A stretch of DNA of 64,000 nt from an uncultured Bacteroidota bacterium (GTDB taxonomy: Bacteria; Bacteroidota; Bacteroidia; Bacteroidales; JAAUTT01). The notes under the pieces are model-generated. The model saw nothing but the letters and a program-made list of their open reading frames with translations, searched no databases and was not told the origin of the DNA. Location of the stretch: assembly GCA_963846585.1 (NCBI GenBank), contig CAWJWO010000002.1, positions 199,592 through 263,591 of the forward strand. The letters run 5' to 3'. The stretch's first letter is position 1; each line of letters opens with the position of its first letter. Of this stretch, positions 20,150-29,513 are shown piece after piece. Position numbers and translations under genes: made by a program.

Positions 20150-21475
20150 ATGAATAGAGCAGGAATAATTAGTTTTGACGGTACAGAGACAATAAATGGT
20201 TTTATTGAAAGACCTGAAAAATACAGCCATTTATTCGAGGTTGTAAATTCAACTTCAGGCTGTATTGCCAGAGGTTCCGGCTTAAGTTATTGTGCTGCTG
20301 GTTCCGGGAATGAAATTACCAGCATTGATATGACAAAATTTAACCGGATACTTATGTTTGACGAAACAAAAGGTATTATCAAAGTCGAATCAGGAATGCA
20401 GGTTGGCGAATTTATTAATTTTATTGCTCAAAAAGGATGGTACTTCAATGTTATTCCCGGATACCCTTCCATCACGATTGGAGGGTGTGTGGCATTCAAT
20501 GTACACGGAAAATCACAATTTAATATTGGGACATTTGGCGATCATATAAAAGAACTCACTTTATATCATCCGGCGTATGGTGAAATGATATGTAATAAAT
20601 CTAAGAATCAAGATGTTTTTGACCTCACTGTCGGAGGTTTTGGCCTTACAGGCATAATACTGAGCGTAACCCTTGTTTTATCGTGCTTAAAAGGAAACAG
20701 AGTAATAAGGCAAAAAGCAAAATGCAGGAATTTGTCAGATGCTGTAGAAAAAATGCTCTCATTAAAAAACGAATATGAAAATGTTTATTCATGGAATAAC
20801 CTGAACATTTCAGGTAAAAATTTTGGTAAAGGCATCATTTATCTTGAAAAATTTCACGATGGAACCTTAACCCTATTTCAAGATTATAATTATACGCGTT
20901 TTAATACTTATTCTTCAAGAAAATCCGGGATTAATATTATTAATCGAATTACAGCAGAATTTATTTGTTCCCTGTATTATAGTAAAGAATTTATTTCACC
21001 ATCTTTTACAAATTTAAGTATTACTGAAAGCACATTTCCTATTTATGGAAAGGAAATTTATTATTATCTTTTTGGCAGCCAAGGCTTCAGGGAATATCAG
21101 TTAATAGTCCCATTAACCGGGGCTGATGAATTTTTTTCAGGGCTACAGAATTTAATTAAAAAATTCGGGATACCTGTTACATTGGGTTCATTAAAAATAT
21201 TTAAGGGTGGCAACATTTATTTAAATTTTTGTAAAGACGGGATTTGTCTTGCATTAGATGTCCCTGCAATTACTAAATCCCAAACTTTCTTTTCAGAAAT
21301 TGATGATCTGACTTTGAGGTTTAATGGCATAGCAAATATATCAAAGGATTCCAGGTTACACGCCAAAACAATTAATGGAATGTATAGTCAATATGGTAAA
21401 TTCAAGAGTGAGATATTGAAGTACGATCCGCGAAAATATTTTACATCATCATTGAGGCAAAGAATAGAGGTTTAA
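20150..21475 (+). CDS. FAD-binding (PCMH-type) oxidoreductase, DprE1-like.
   Basis: ARGSGLSY, IGGCVAFNVHGK and VGGFGLTGIIL resemble the DprE1 family FAD-binding segments. Confidence 0.6.
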   Translation: MNRAGIISFDGTETINGFIERPEKYSHLFEVVNSTSGCIARGSGLSYCAAGSGNEITSIDMTKFNRILMFDETKGIIKVESGMQVGEFINFIAQKGWYFNVIPGYPSITIGGCVAFNVHGKSQFNIGTFGDHIKELTLYHPAYGEMICNKSKNQDVFDLTVGGFGLTGIILSVTLVLSCLKGNRVIRQKAKCRNLSDAVEKMLSLKNEYENVYSWNNLNISGKNFGKGIIYLEKFHDGTLTLFQDYNYTRFNTYSSRKSGINIINRITAEFICSLYYSKEFISPSFTNLSITESTFPIYGKEIYYYLFGSQGFREYQLIVPLTGADEFFSGLQNLIKKFGIPVTLGSLKIFKGGNIYLNFCKDGICLALDVPAITKSQTFFSEIDDLTLRFNGIANISKDSRLHAKTINGMYSQYGKFKSEILKYDPRKYFTSSLRQRIEV

Positions 21476-21609
21476 TTAGTGTTTGCTCCATAAAGTCCGG
21501 ACATTAAAGACAGACACTGATTAGGTTTGTCCATAATGTGCGTTGCATTCGTTACGATTGTCAGAATATTATTTGATAGTGGCTATTAAGTACATAAATT
21601 GTTAATACA

Positions 21610-22344
21610 TTGAACACTGCAATAATTTTAGGTGCGAGTTCAGGAGTGGGCAGGGCATTGGCCGAAAAGCTTGGAAGAGATGGTTGTGGCTTGGTTCTTT
21701 GCTCAAGAAGTAAAAGGGATTTGGAAGCAAATGCCGCGAATATTTCATTGAAATATAACATATACACACAGGTATACACGATTGATATAAATGAAAAAAA
21801 TGAAAGGGATAAATTGGTTTCGTATATTTCAAAAGGAAAAAATATCAATTCCATTTTCATAACTGTTGGTGATATGGTTGAACACGACAATGGATTGCAG
21901 GACTGTCTTATTGTCGATCGTTTGGTGAATTCAAATTTTCTTTCAATTGCTCATTTTTTATCTGCATTAATTCAATCAGTCGACAAAAGGGAAGAATTGA
22001 AAATTTATTTAATGTCAAGCATAACTATTTGCAGACCAAGAAAAAACAATTTGGTGTATGCCTCATCAAAAATGGCAATTGATTTTTATTGTCGTGGCTT
22101 ACAGCATTTGCTGGCTGATTCGTCTATAAGAATAATAATTTTCAGGCTTGGATATATAGATACAGCAATGAGCTATGGAAAAAAATTATTATTGCATCCG
22201 GTTTCATCAAGTCTCGTCGCTGAAAAAATTATTACAAAACTAAAAAAAAGAAACCGAATTTATTATTATCCAGGTTATTGGAGATATATTGTTATTATAG
22301 TAAAATTGGTACCCTGGATAATATACAAGAGGATAGTCTTTTAG
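21610..22344 (+). CDS. Short-chain dehydrogenase/reductase, DprE2-like by context.
   Basis: GASSGVGRA Rossmann motif and YASSKMA (YxxxK) catalytic motif. TTG start as in the ORF track. Confidence 0.65.
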   Translation: MNTAIILGASSGVGRALAEKLGRDGCGLVLCSRSKRDLEANAANISLKYNIYTQVYTIDINEKNERDKLVSYISKGKNINSIFITVGDMVEHDNGLQDCLIVDRLVNSNFLSIAHFLSALIQSVDKREELKIYLMSSITICRPRKNNLVYASSKMAIDFYCRGLQHLLADSSIRIIIFRLGYIDTAMSYGKKLLLHPVSSSLVAEKIITKLKKRNRIYYYPGYWRYIVIIVKLVPWIIYKRIVF

Positions 22345-22405
22345 CGGACACAAATAAATTAAGGTAATAAAAAGTATTTTATGTGACTTAAATTCAGCCA
22401 ATATA

Positions 22406-23140
22406 ATGATAGAAAAACCAAAAATAAGTTTGTTTTTCCCGGTTTTCAATGACGAAAATACTGTTAAAATAGTGACAGAAAAAGCTATTCAGGTTCTGGA
22501 TGATATAGCAGAAGATTATGAAATATTAATAATAAATGATTGTAGCCCTGATAAATCTGGTATTATAGCAGATGAATTATCCGGACAAAACAACAAAATA
22601 CGGGTAATTCATCACGCTGAACATTTGGGATATGGCGCAGCAGTATTAACAGGACTCACTAATTCGCAATTTGAATATATATGTTTTACAGATGGTGATG
22701 ATGAATATGATGTAACTGATTTTAGAAAGTTATTAAAACTTCGGGATTATTATGATCTTATTATCACATTCCGTTACATAAGGATGTACTCATCATGGAG
22801 GATATTTGTTTCAAGAACATATAATATATTACTCAGATTTCTTTTTAAAGTTAAATACAGGGATATAAGTACAGGTCTTAGAATGATAAGAAAAAGCCTC
22901 CTGAATGAAATTTCCATTCAATCGACAAGTCCGTTTATTGGAGCCGAAATTACAATTAAAGCTATGCTTAAAGGTTACAGGGTTGGCGAAGTGGGAATTC
23001 AAACATTTCCCCGCGCTTTTGGCAAAGGCGTATCAGTATCTTCAATAAATATTTGGAAAACGATAAAAGATATGATTAAAATACATGGTCAGATATTTTC
23101 TTCAGATTATGATTTACCAAAAGACAGATCAAGATTTTGA
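22406..23140 (+). CDS. GT2 glycosyltransferase, polyprenyl-phosphate sugar synthase-like (DPM1/ArnC/GtrB type).
   Basis: ISLFFPVFNDE, ILIINDCSPD and FTDGDDEYD (DxD) motifs. Confidence 0.7.
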   Translation: MIEKPKISLFFPVFNDENTVKIVTEKAIQVLDDIAEDYEILIINDCSPDKSGIIADELSGQNNKIRVIHHAEHLGYGAAVLTGLTNSQFEYICFTDGDDEYDVTDFRKLLKLRDYYDLIITFRYIRMYSSWRIFVSRTYNILLRFLFKVKYRDISTGLRMIRKSLLNEISIQSTSPFIGAEITIKAMLKGYRVGEVGIQTFPRAFGKGVSVSSINIWKTIKDMIKIHGQIFSSDYDLPKDRSRF

Positions 23141-23159
23141 TAACTAATTTCTAAATAAA

Positions 23160-25013
23160 TTGAAAATACCAGACAAGTTTATTTACATGTTTTTACTTTT
23201 AGTATTAACAGTAATTGCATTTTCTCCCTCGCTATCAAATTCATTTACCAATTGGGACGATCCTATATATGTTCTAAATAATTCATTAATCCGTTCGCTA
23301 TCATGGCATAATGTTTGCTACATATTTTCCCCAACTACATTTTCTTGTGGCAACTATCATCCTGTAACAATTATGTCACTGGCAGTTAATTTTCATTTAG
23401 GACATCTTGACCCATTTGGTTACATACTATTTAACCTGATTTTACATTCTTTAAGCGTATTGCTTGTATTTACTATAATCCGAAAATTATTTAAAAACGA
23501 TCCCGTCGCGTTTATTTGTGCTGTTTTTTTCGCTGTACATCCTACCAATGTTGAGCCTGTAGCATGGGTGGCTGGCAGAAAAGATGTGCTTTTTGTTTTC
23601 TTTTACCTGTCATCAATTGTCATTTATTTAAATTATCTCGAAAAAAAAGATAAAAATAGTATATTAAGATATCTGTGTGTTTTTGTTCTTTTTATGTTAT
23701 CCCTGCTTTCCAAGGGAACAGCCATGACCCTGCCTGCTATTTTATTTCTTATCGATTATTACAAAAACAGAAAGTTCAATCTTAAGATGGTTCTTGAAAA
23801 AATTCCATTTTTTATCATTTCCATTATTATCATCTTTATAGAAATGAAATCACAGAAGGAATATGGAGCTGTTGCACCTCCTGCTTCATTCGCGGTAATG
23901 CAAAAACGTTTTATAATATGTTATGGCTACGACTGCATTTTTTATGTTATCAGGTTTTTTGCCCCTGTTAATCTTTCAGCATGCTATCCTAATCTTATTT
24001 CTCTTCCTGATAAATTACCCCTAATCTATTATGCAGGTTTTATAGCATCTATAGTAATATTGTCCTTGGATATATACTTAATAAGAAAAAATAAAATCAT
24101 CTTTTTTGGTTTAACGTTTTTTTTTATTGCAATATCAACAGGATTACAATTCCGATTTGTAAGTGGCGGTTCTATTGCAGATAGGTACACATATATACCC
24201 TTTATAGGAATATCCTTTATTGTTGCATATTATTTCGAAAAGTTAATATCGGGAATTTATTTGAAAAGGGTAAGAAAATTGATATTTACTTTGGGGGTTG
24301 TTGTAATAATTTTGTTCTCATATTCAACTTATACCCGCTGTGAAATATGGAAAAATTCAGGGGTTTTATTCACGGATGTGATCAGCAAATATCCTGATAT
24401 ACCAATGGCTTATACGAACAGGGGCTCCTTTTATTTTAACTATGGATACTTTGATGAAGCTATCAGGGACTATAGTAAAGCTATTGAACTCAAACCAGAT
24501 TATGCCCTTGCTCTTTATAACCGGGGCACTGCCTTCTATACTTTGAGAAAAATGGATTTTGCAATTAAAGATTACACTAATGCTATACAACTTAATCATG
24601 ATTACACAGATGCATATAACAACAGGGGAATTGCCTATATGTATAGTGGTAAAATCAGGGAAGCTATTATAGACTATAGCAAAGCTATTAAATTGAAGCC
24701 AAATTATACTGATGTATATTACAATCGCGGATTAGCTTTTAAAACCATTGGCCAAATGGCAGATGCAATAAATGACTTCAATCTGACAATAATAATGGAC
24801 CCAAATTACATTAAGGCATATTACAATCGTGGAATTTCATATAAAGAAAATGGAAATATTGATAACGCCATCAATGATTTCAACATTATTATTAAAATGT
24901 CCCCTACAGAGGCAGAGTTTTATTTTAAACGCGGGGAATGTTATAAATTGAAAGGCTTATTAAAAGAAGCGGAAAGTGATTTTAATGAGTATAACGAACT
25001 AATTAATAGATAG
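23160..25013 (+). CDS. GT-C-fold membrane glycosyltransferase-like protein with C-terminal TPR repeats (a more distant TMTC/DUF1736-like paralogue).
   Basis: YHPVTIMSLAVNF, HPTNVEPVAWVAGRKD and LLSKGTAMTLP. Six or more canonical TPRs (AYNNRGIAY...). Confidence 0.6.
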   Translation: MKIPDKFIYMFLLLVLTVIAFSPSLSNSFTNWDDPIYVLNNSLIRSLSWHNVCYIFSPTTFSCGNYHPVTIMSLAVNFHLGHLDPFGYILFNLILHSLSVLLVFTIIRKLFKNDPVAFICAVFFAVHPTNVEPVAWVAGRKDVLFVFFYLSSIVIYLNYLEKKDKNSILRYLCVFVLFMLSLLSKGTAMTLPAILFLIDYYKNRKFNLKMVLEKIPFFIISIIIIFIEMKSQKEYGAVAPPASFAVMQKRFIICYGYDCIFYVIRFFAPVNLSACYPNLISLPDKLPLIYYAGFIASIVILSLDIYLIRKNKIIFFGLTFFFIAISTGLQFRFVSGGSIADRYTYIPFIGISFIVAYYFEKLISGIYLKRVRKLIFTLGVVVIILFSYSTYTRCEIWKNSGVLFTDVISKYPDIPMAYTNRGSFYFNYGYFDEAIRDYSKAIELKPDYALALYNRGTAFYTLRKMDFAIKDYTNAIQLNHDYTDAYNNRGIAYMYSGKIREAIIDYSKAIKLKPNYTDVYYNRGLAFKTIGQMADAINDFNLTIIMDPNYIKAYYNRGISYKENGNIDNAINDFNIIIKMSPTEAEFYFKRGECYKLKGLLKEAESDFNEYNELINR

Positions 25014-25029
25014 TTACATAATTAAATTT

Positions 25030-28011
25030 TTAATTTGATTTCTCCTTTTTTATAGATTCTAACAGCTGTTTTGCCATTTGCAAATCTGGTCTTAACAAAA
25101 GCGCTTTATCCAGATATTTTTCTGCTTCAGTGTATTTTTTTTCCTTATAGAATAATATTCCCAGACTAAAGGCTCCATGCACATCCTCAGGGAACCCTGT
25201 CGTCATGGCAGTGTAAACTTCCCTGGCCTTTTCAAGGTTTCCCATTTTAAAATAAACCATCCCTAAAACATCCCATGCATGGATGTCTTTCCTATTAAGT
25301 TTAATGCCATTTTCACACCAAGTGAGTGCAATCTCAAATTGAGAACTGTTCATATAAAATTCTGCCATGGATGTAGAATTAATTGATGACTTTGGGTTTA
25401 TCAAAAATGCTTTTTTATAAGCCCTTTCAGCACGAAAAAACATATTTTTTTTCTCATAAAGTTTTCCGTAATAAGTATATAATTCTGACTGATTAATGAT
25501 GTTTGAAGAAATCAACGTCTGATAATTATAAATTTTTGGCAATACTGCAGTATCCGCATCCTGAATAGCATTATAAATTGTGCTTATTTGCTCCCTAATA
25601 TCAGAAAGGCTATAGAAAAGCCCGCGCGGGGCATTAAATTCAACATAAGGATAATTATCAGTATTTAATGGCGCATTTCCGCAAAAACGCAATAAAGCAT
25701 CGCGATCCAGAATGGCATTACTTATAAACGACACGGGATCCTCAATTCCGGTTGAAGCAAGATCCTGTTGAATTGCCTGGATGCGATATAATTTTTGTAT
25801 CTTGTCCATATCAATTTTAATCGAATCTCGACTGCCTATTAACAGCACGTCCCCAGGAATGGTTGATTGTTTTTTTTCAGGTAAATTGGAAAGAGGAACC
25901 ACCCATAGCATGGCATCCGGGAATACCGAACAAAAAGTCCGCATTTGTGATCTCATTACTTCAAGTGGCATATCATACATATGAAACCACTGACAAAAAA
26001 TACCTTTTCTGTTTAATCGCTCTATTCCGGATTTATAAAACTCTTGTGTAAACAAATTTGAAACTCCTGTAATCCATGGGTTTGAGGGTTCCGAAATAAT
26101 AACATCATACATTTTAGAGGTTGTAAGCAACACATTACGCCCATCTCTGAAAATAATATGAAATTTAGGATCGTTGTAAACTCTATTGTTTATTTCGCTA
26201 AACAATTTTTTGGATCCGTATACTGCCGGCTCAATTTCAATTGTTTCAATAGATTTCAATGGGTATAAGCTTACAGTTCCGCTGGTGCATCCACTTCCCC
26301 ACCCAATTATCAATGCATTGCTCGTATTAGGATTAAGAGCCAATGGCACATGTGCCAGCATTTTTTGAGTATTCAGATCCCCAATGCTGGCATCTGTTTT
26401 TCCATTAACGGAAAGAAATAATCCGAATCCTTCAGAGTTTGTAACTGCAACTACGGATTCAATTCCCTCTTTATAATATAATATCTTACGGTTGCTTTTT
26501 AATGATTTTAAAAGTCCAAATGCGTTTCTTTTTTCGTCTTTGTTTTGTTGTAACCCATATTTATAAATGCCAGAGGTTACAACCAATGGTTCCCATGGAT
26601 TCCATATCGTCCCAAGTATTATGGCCACTATAATTACCATAGTCGAGAAACTTACCTGAGTTTGAATATTCCATTTCTTATAAATACCAAGTACAATGAT
26701 GCTTAAAATAAAAGGCAAGGCAGCCGCGAAAATATATCCTTTTTGAAGACCAAAGACAGGAATAATAAGAAATCCCGTAAGCAATGCACCAATTAATGTT
26801 CCAAACGTATTCCAGGCATATAGTTTTGATGTGATCAACCGTGATTCATTTGGTCCAACAGAATCCTGACTAACTAACCTTAAGATAAACGGGAAAATAA
26901 AACCAAAAAGTGAGGTCAATACAATCATGACTAGAAAACACAACAGAAACCCAGCGAATTGATATACTTCAAATGTTAATGGTAAGTAATCCATCAGGCT
27001 ATAATAAAAAAGTGGTAGCCAGCCAATCGCTGCAGCACTGATAAGGATACCTGTGCCCAAAAGCAATAACAGCCAAATGAGAATCCTGAAAGGGTTCTTT
27101 ATTTTTCCCCAATATTTTTCATATAACCAGGTTCCGGCAACTAAACCCAGCAGAAATGAAAACAGCATTATGTTAAACGAATAAATTGAAGAGCCGATTA
27201 CAAAAGCAAACGATCTGCTCCAAAGTATTTCCAGGCAAAATGATGTAGCACCGACAATTGATGCCACAAGCATAAATATGACCGGAACTTTTGTGCTTTT
27301 TATTTTTAATTGCCCGGGATCTTCTGCCATTTGAATATTGGTTGACGGCAATTTATTGAAGAATATCATCAGGGTACATATTCCGGCAATAATAAAATTT
27401 AATGCAATTGCAATAATATATGCTTTTGATAACCCTAGTAAAGGAAAAAGTATATAAGTGGTTATAAGCACACCGGCAGCGCCTCCCAAAGTATTCATGT
27501 AATATAATCTTGAAAGAACTTTATGGTGTGATACATGTCGCGAAAGAATTTGTACCAGCAACGGAACTGTTGCCCCCATGCAAAGGGTTGGTATCAGTAT
27601 AACAAGGCCGGCAAAAATAATCCTTAACGGGACTTCGAAGGCATTCGGTAAAGAAACGTTACGTAAAAAATTGCCCCAGAATTCAGGCAATATTTTTAAA
27701 AGAACAAATGAAATGATTGCAGAAGCGGCAATTAGAAATTCAACAAAGGCGTATGTTTTTAACGGGTTAGATATTTTAATACGGCCAGCAAAATAACTTC
27801 CTAACGCTATTCCTCCCATATAAGTAGCAAGGATTACCGTAACAGCGTGCGTAGTATTTCCGAAAATTAAGCCAAAAGAACGCATCCAGAGAGATTCATA
27901 AATAAGCCCCGCTGCTCCGGAAAAAAATGTCAGGAAAGGCAATACTTTTTCAAAGCCAATAAAAGTGGCTTTAGTTGATTTAAAATAAGAAAAGAATCTT
28001 TGGACTTTCAT
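25030..28011 (-). CDS. Fused membrane domain, spermidine synthase-like domain and TPR (paralogue of 9089-12211).
   Basis: Polytopic N-terminus. IIGWGSGCTSG, RDGRNVL and IISEPSNPW motifs. TPR tail. Confidence 0.7.
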   Translation of the reverse strand: MKVQRFFSYFKSTKATFIGFEKVLPFLTFFSGAAGLIYESLWMRSFGLIFGNTTHAVTVILATYMGGIALGSYFAGRIKISNPLKTYAFVEFLIAASAIISFVLLKILPEFWGNFLRNVSLPNAFEVPLRIIFAGLVILIPTLCMGATVPLLVQILSRHVSHHKVLSRLYYMNTLGGAAGVLITTYILFPLLGLSKAYIIAIALNFIIAGICTLMIFFNKLPSTNIQMAEDPGQLKIKSTKVPVIFMLVASIVGATSFCLEILWSRSFAFVIGSSIYSFNIMLFSFLLGLVAGTWLYEKYWGKIKNPFRILIWLLLLLGTGILISAAAIGWLPLFYYSLMDYLPLTFEVYQFAGFLLCFLVMIVLTSLFGFIFPFILRLVSQDSVGPNESRLITSKLYAWNTFGTLIGALLTGFLIIPVFGLQKGYIFAAALPFILSIIVLGIYKKWNIQTQVSFSTMVIIVAIILGTIWNPWEPLVVTSGIYKYGLQQNKDEKRNAFGLLKSLKSNRKILYYKEGIESVVAVTNSEGFGLFLSVNGKTDASIGDLNTQKMLAHVPLALNPNTSNALIIGWGSGCTSGTVSLYPLKSIETIEIEPAVYGSKKLFSEINNRVYNDPKFHIIFRDGRNVLLTTSKMYDVIISEPSNPWITGVSNLFTQEFYKSGIERLNRKGIFCQWFHMYDMPLEVMRSQMRTFCSVFPDAMLWVVPLSNLPEKKQSTIPGDVLLIGSRDSIKIDMDKIQKLYRIQAIQQDLASTGIEDPVSFISNAILDRDALLRFCGNAPLNTDNYPYVEFNAPRGLFYSLSDIREQISTIYNAIQDADTAVLPKIYNYQTLISSNIINQSELYTYYGKLYEKKNMFFRAERAYKKAFLINPKSSINSTSMAEFYMNSSQFEIALTWCENGIKLNRKDIHAWDVLGMVYFKMGNLEKAREVYTAMTTGFPEDVHGAFSLGILFYKEKKYTEAEKYLDKALLLRPDLQMAKQLLESIKKEKSN

Positions 28012-28097
28012 CGGTTATTTTTATACATTAAATATAAAAAGAATTCAATAATTACATATGGAAATAAATCTGAAATTATTGATTAATTTGCACTCTA

Positions 28098-29513
28098 TTG
28101 AAATCTGTTAAAATGGCTAAAGTCCTTCTTGTTAATTCGTGTAGCCCTGGAATCATGGGTAAAAGAAAAGATATTGGCGGCAAGCATCATCCTCTTGGGT
28201 TATTGTACATAGCATCGGTACTCCTGGAAAATAAACATGAAGTTCAAATTTGTGATGAATTGGTAGGACAAATTCCCGAAGAGTATTTACTTTCATTCAA
28301 ACCTGAATATTTAGGCGTAAGCGTAAGAACTCCTGCATTTAACAGGGCTATTCAAATTGCCAAAGCTGCCAAATCATTTGGAACAAAAGTTATATTTGGC
28401 GGCCCTCACGTTTCAGCACTTCCGGAAGAATCTATTATGGCTTCTGACTTTGTTGACGGAGTAATTGTCAATGAAGGCGAATATACATTTCTTGAATTAT
28501 TAAATAGTTCAGATTGGTCAAATGTCAGAGGATTGGTATATAAAAAAGATACAATGGTATTGAAAAACCCTCCTCAAGAAAAAATCATCGATTTAAATTT
28601 ATTACCATTCCCTGCAAGGCAACTCCTTGATGAAAAATTATATTACGGTACCCCGGAATATGGATTTTTAGTTCCACCACGTCAAAAATTTTGGACTATT
28701 TGCAGTTCAAGAGGTTGCCCTTATAATTGCACATATTGCAGTTCTGCTAATATTTTTGGAAAGAAATTCAGGTTCCGGAGTGCCTTAAACATTTTCAATG
28801 AAATAATGGAAGGATATAAACTTGGGGTAACAAATTTTGTATTTATTGACGATTCATTCGGCTTAAACAGTGAAATTACATCTGAACTATGTAACCTGAT
28901 AATTGAAAATAATATTATTATAAGGTGGTGCTGCCAAACAAGAGTAACTATACCAATTGAAACTATCAAATTAATGAAAACAGCCGGTTGTTCCCTTATT
29001 TCATTTGGAATTGAATCCGGTTCAGAAAAAGTATTGGAAAATATAAAAAAAGGATTAACTAAAGATCTAATGAGAAAAGGGATTGAAAATGCAAAAAAAA
29101 CAGGCCTATTGGTCAAGGCATACTTTATTATTGGTTTACCAGGTGAAGGCAAAGAAGAATTTAAAGAATCCCTTATTTTTGCAAAATCTCTTGATATAGA
29201 TTATTTGTGGTTATCAATCATAAAGATACTACCGGGATCAGAATTATGGAATACTAACATGGATAATATTGATTATAAAAATATTAATTGGGAAGATTTA
29301 AGTTATTTTAGTATAAATAATAATAAATTACTTCAAAAAAGGTATAATTTATTTTTAATATTGTTCTTTTTACAACCAAAGTTTATAAAAAATTTAATTA
29401 AAAGGATGTCCTATAGTGAAATGATGTATTTTTTAGAACTCATTAACGTATTTATACGTGAAAAATTTTACAATTATTATTCTGTTAGAAATAGAAAACA
29501 TCAAATTATATGA
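28098..29513 (+). CDS. B12-binding-domain radical SAM enzyme (class B).
   Basis: N-terminal B12-binding-like segment (HHPLGLLYIASVL). CPYNCTYC CxxxCxxC cluster. The likely true start is ATG at 28113 (MAKVLLVNS). The stop overlaps the next gene (ATGA at 29510-29513). Confidence 0.75.
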   Translation: MKSVKMAKVLLVNSCSPGIMGKRKDIGGKHHPLGLLYIASVLLENKHEVQICDELVGQIPEEYLLSFKPEYLGVSVRTPAFNRAIQIAKAAKSFGTKVIFGGPHVSALPEESIMASDFVDGVIVNEGEYTFLELLNSSDWSNVRGLVYKKDTMVLKNPPQEKIIDLNLLPFPARQLLDEKLYYGTPEYGFLVPPRQKFWTICSSRGCPYNCTYCSSANIFGKKFRFRSALNIFNEIMEGYKLGVTNFVFIDDSFGLNSEITSELCNLIIENNIIIRWCCQTRVTIPIETIKLMKTAGCSLISFGIESGSEKVLENIKKGLTKDLMRKGIENAKKTGLLVKAYFIIGLPGEGKEEFKESLIFAKSLDIDYLWLSIIKILPGSELWNTNMDNIDYKNINWEDLSYFSINNNKLLQKRYNLFLILFFLQPKFIKNLIKRMSYSEMMYFLELINVFIREKFYNYYSVRNRKHQII

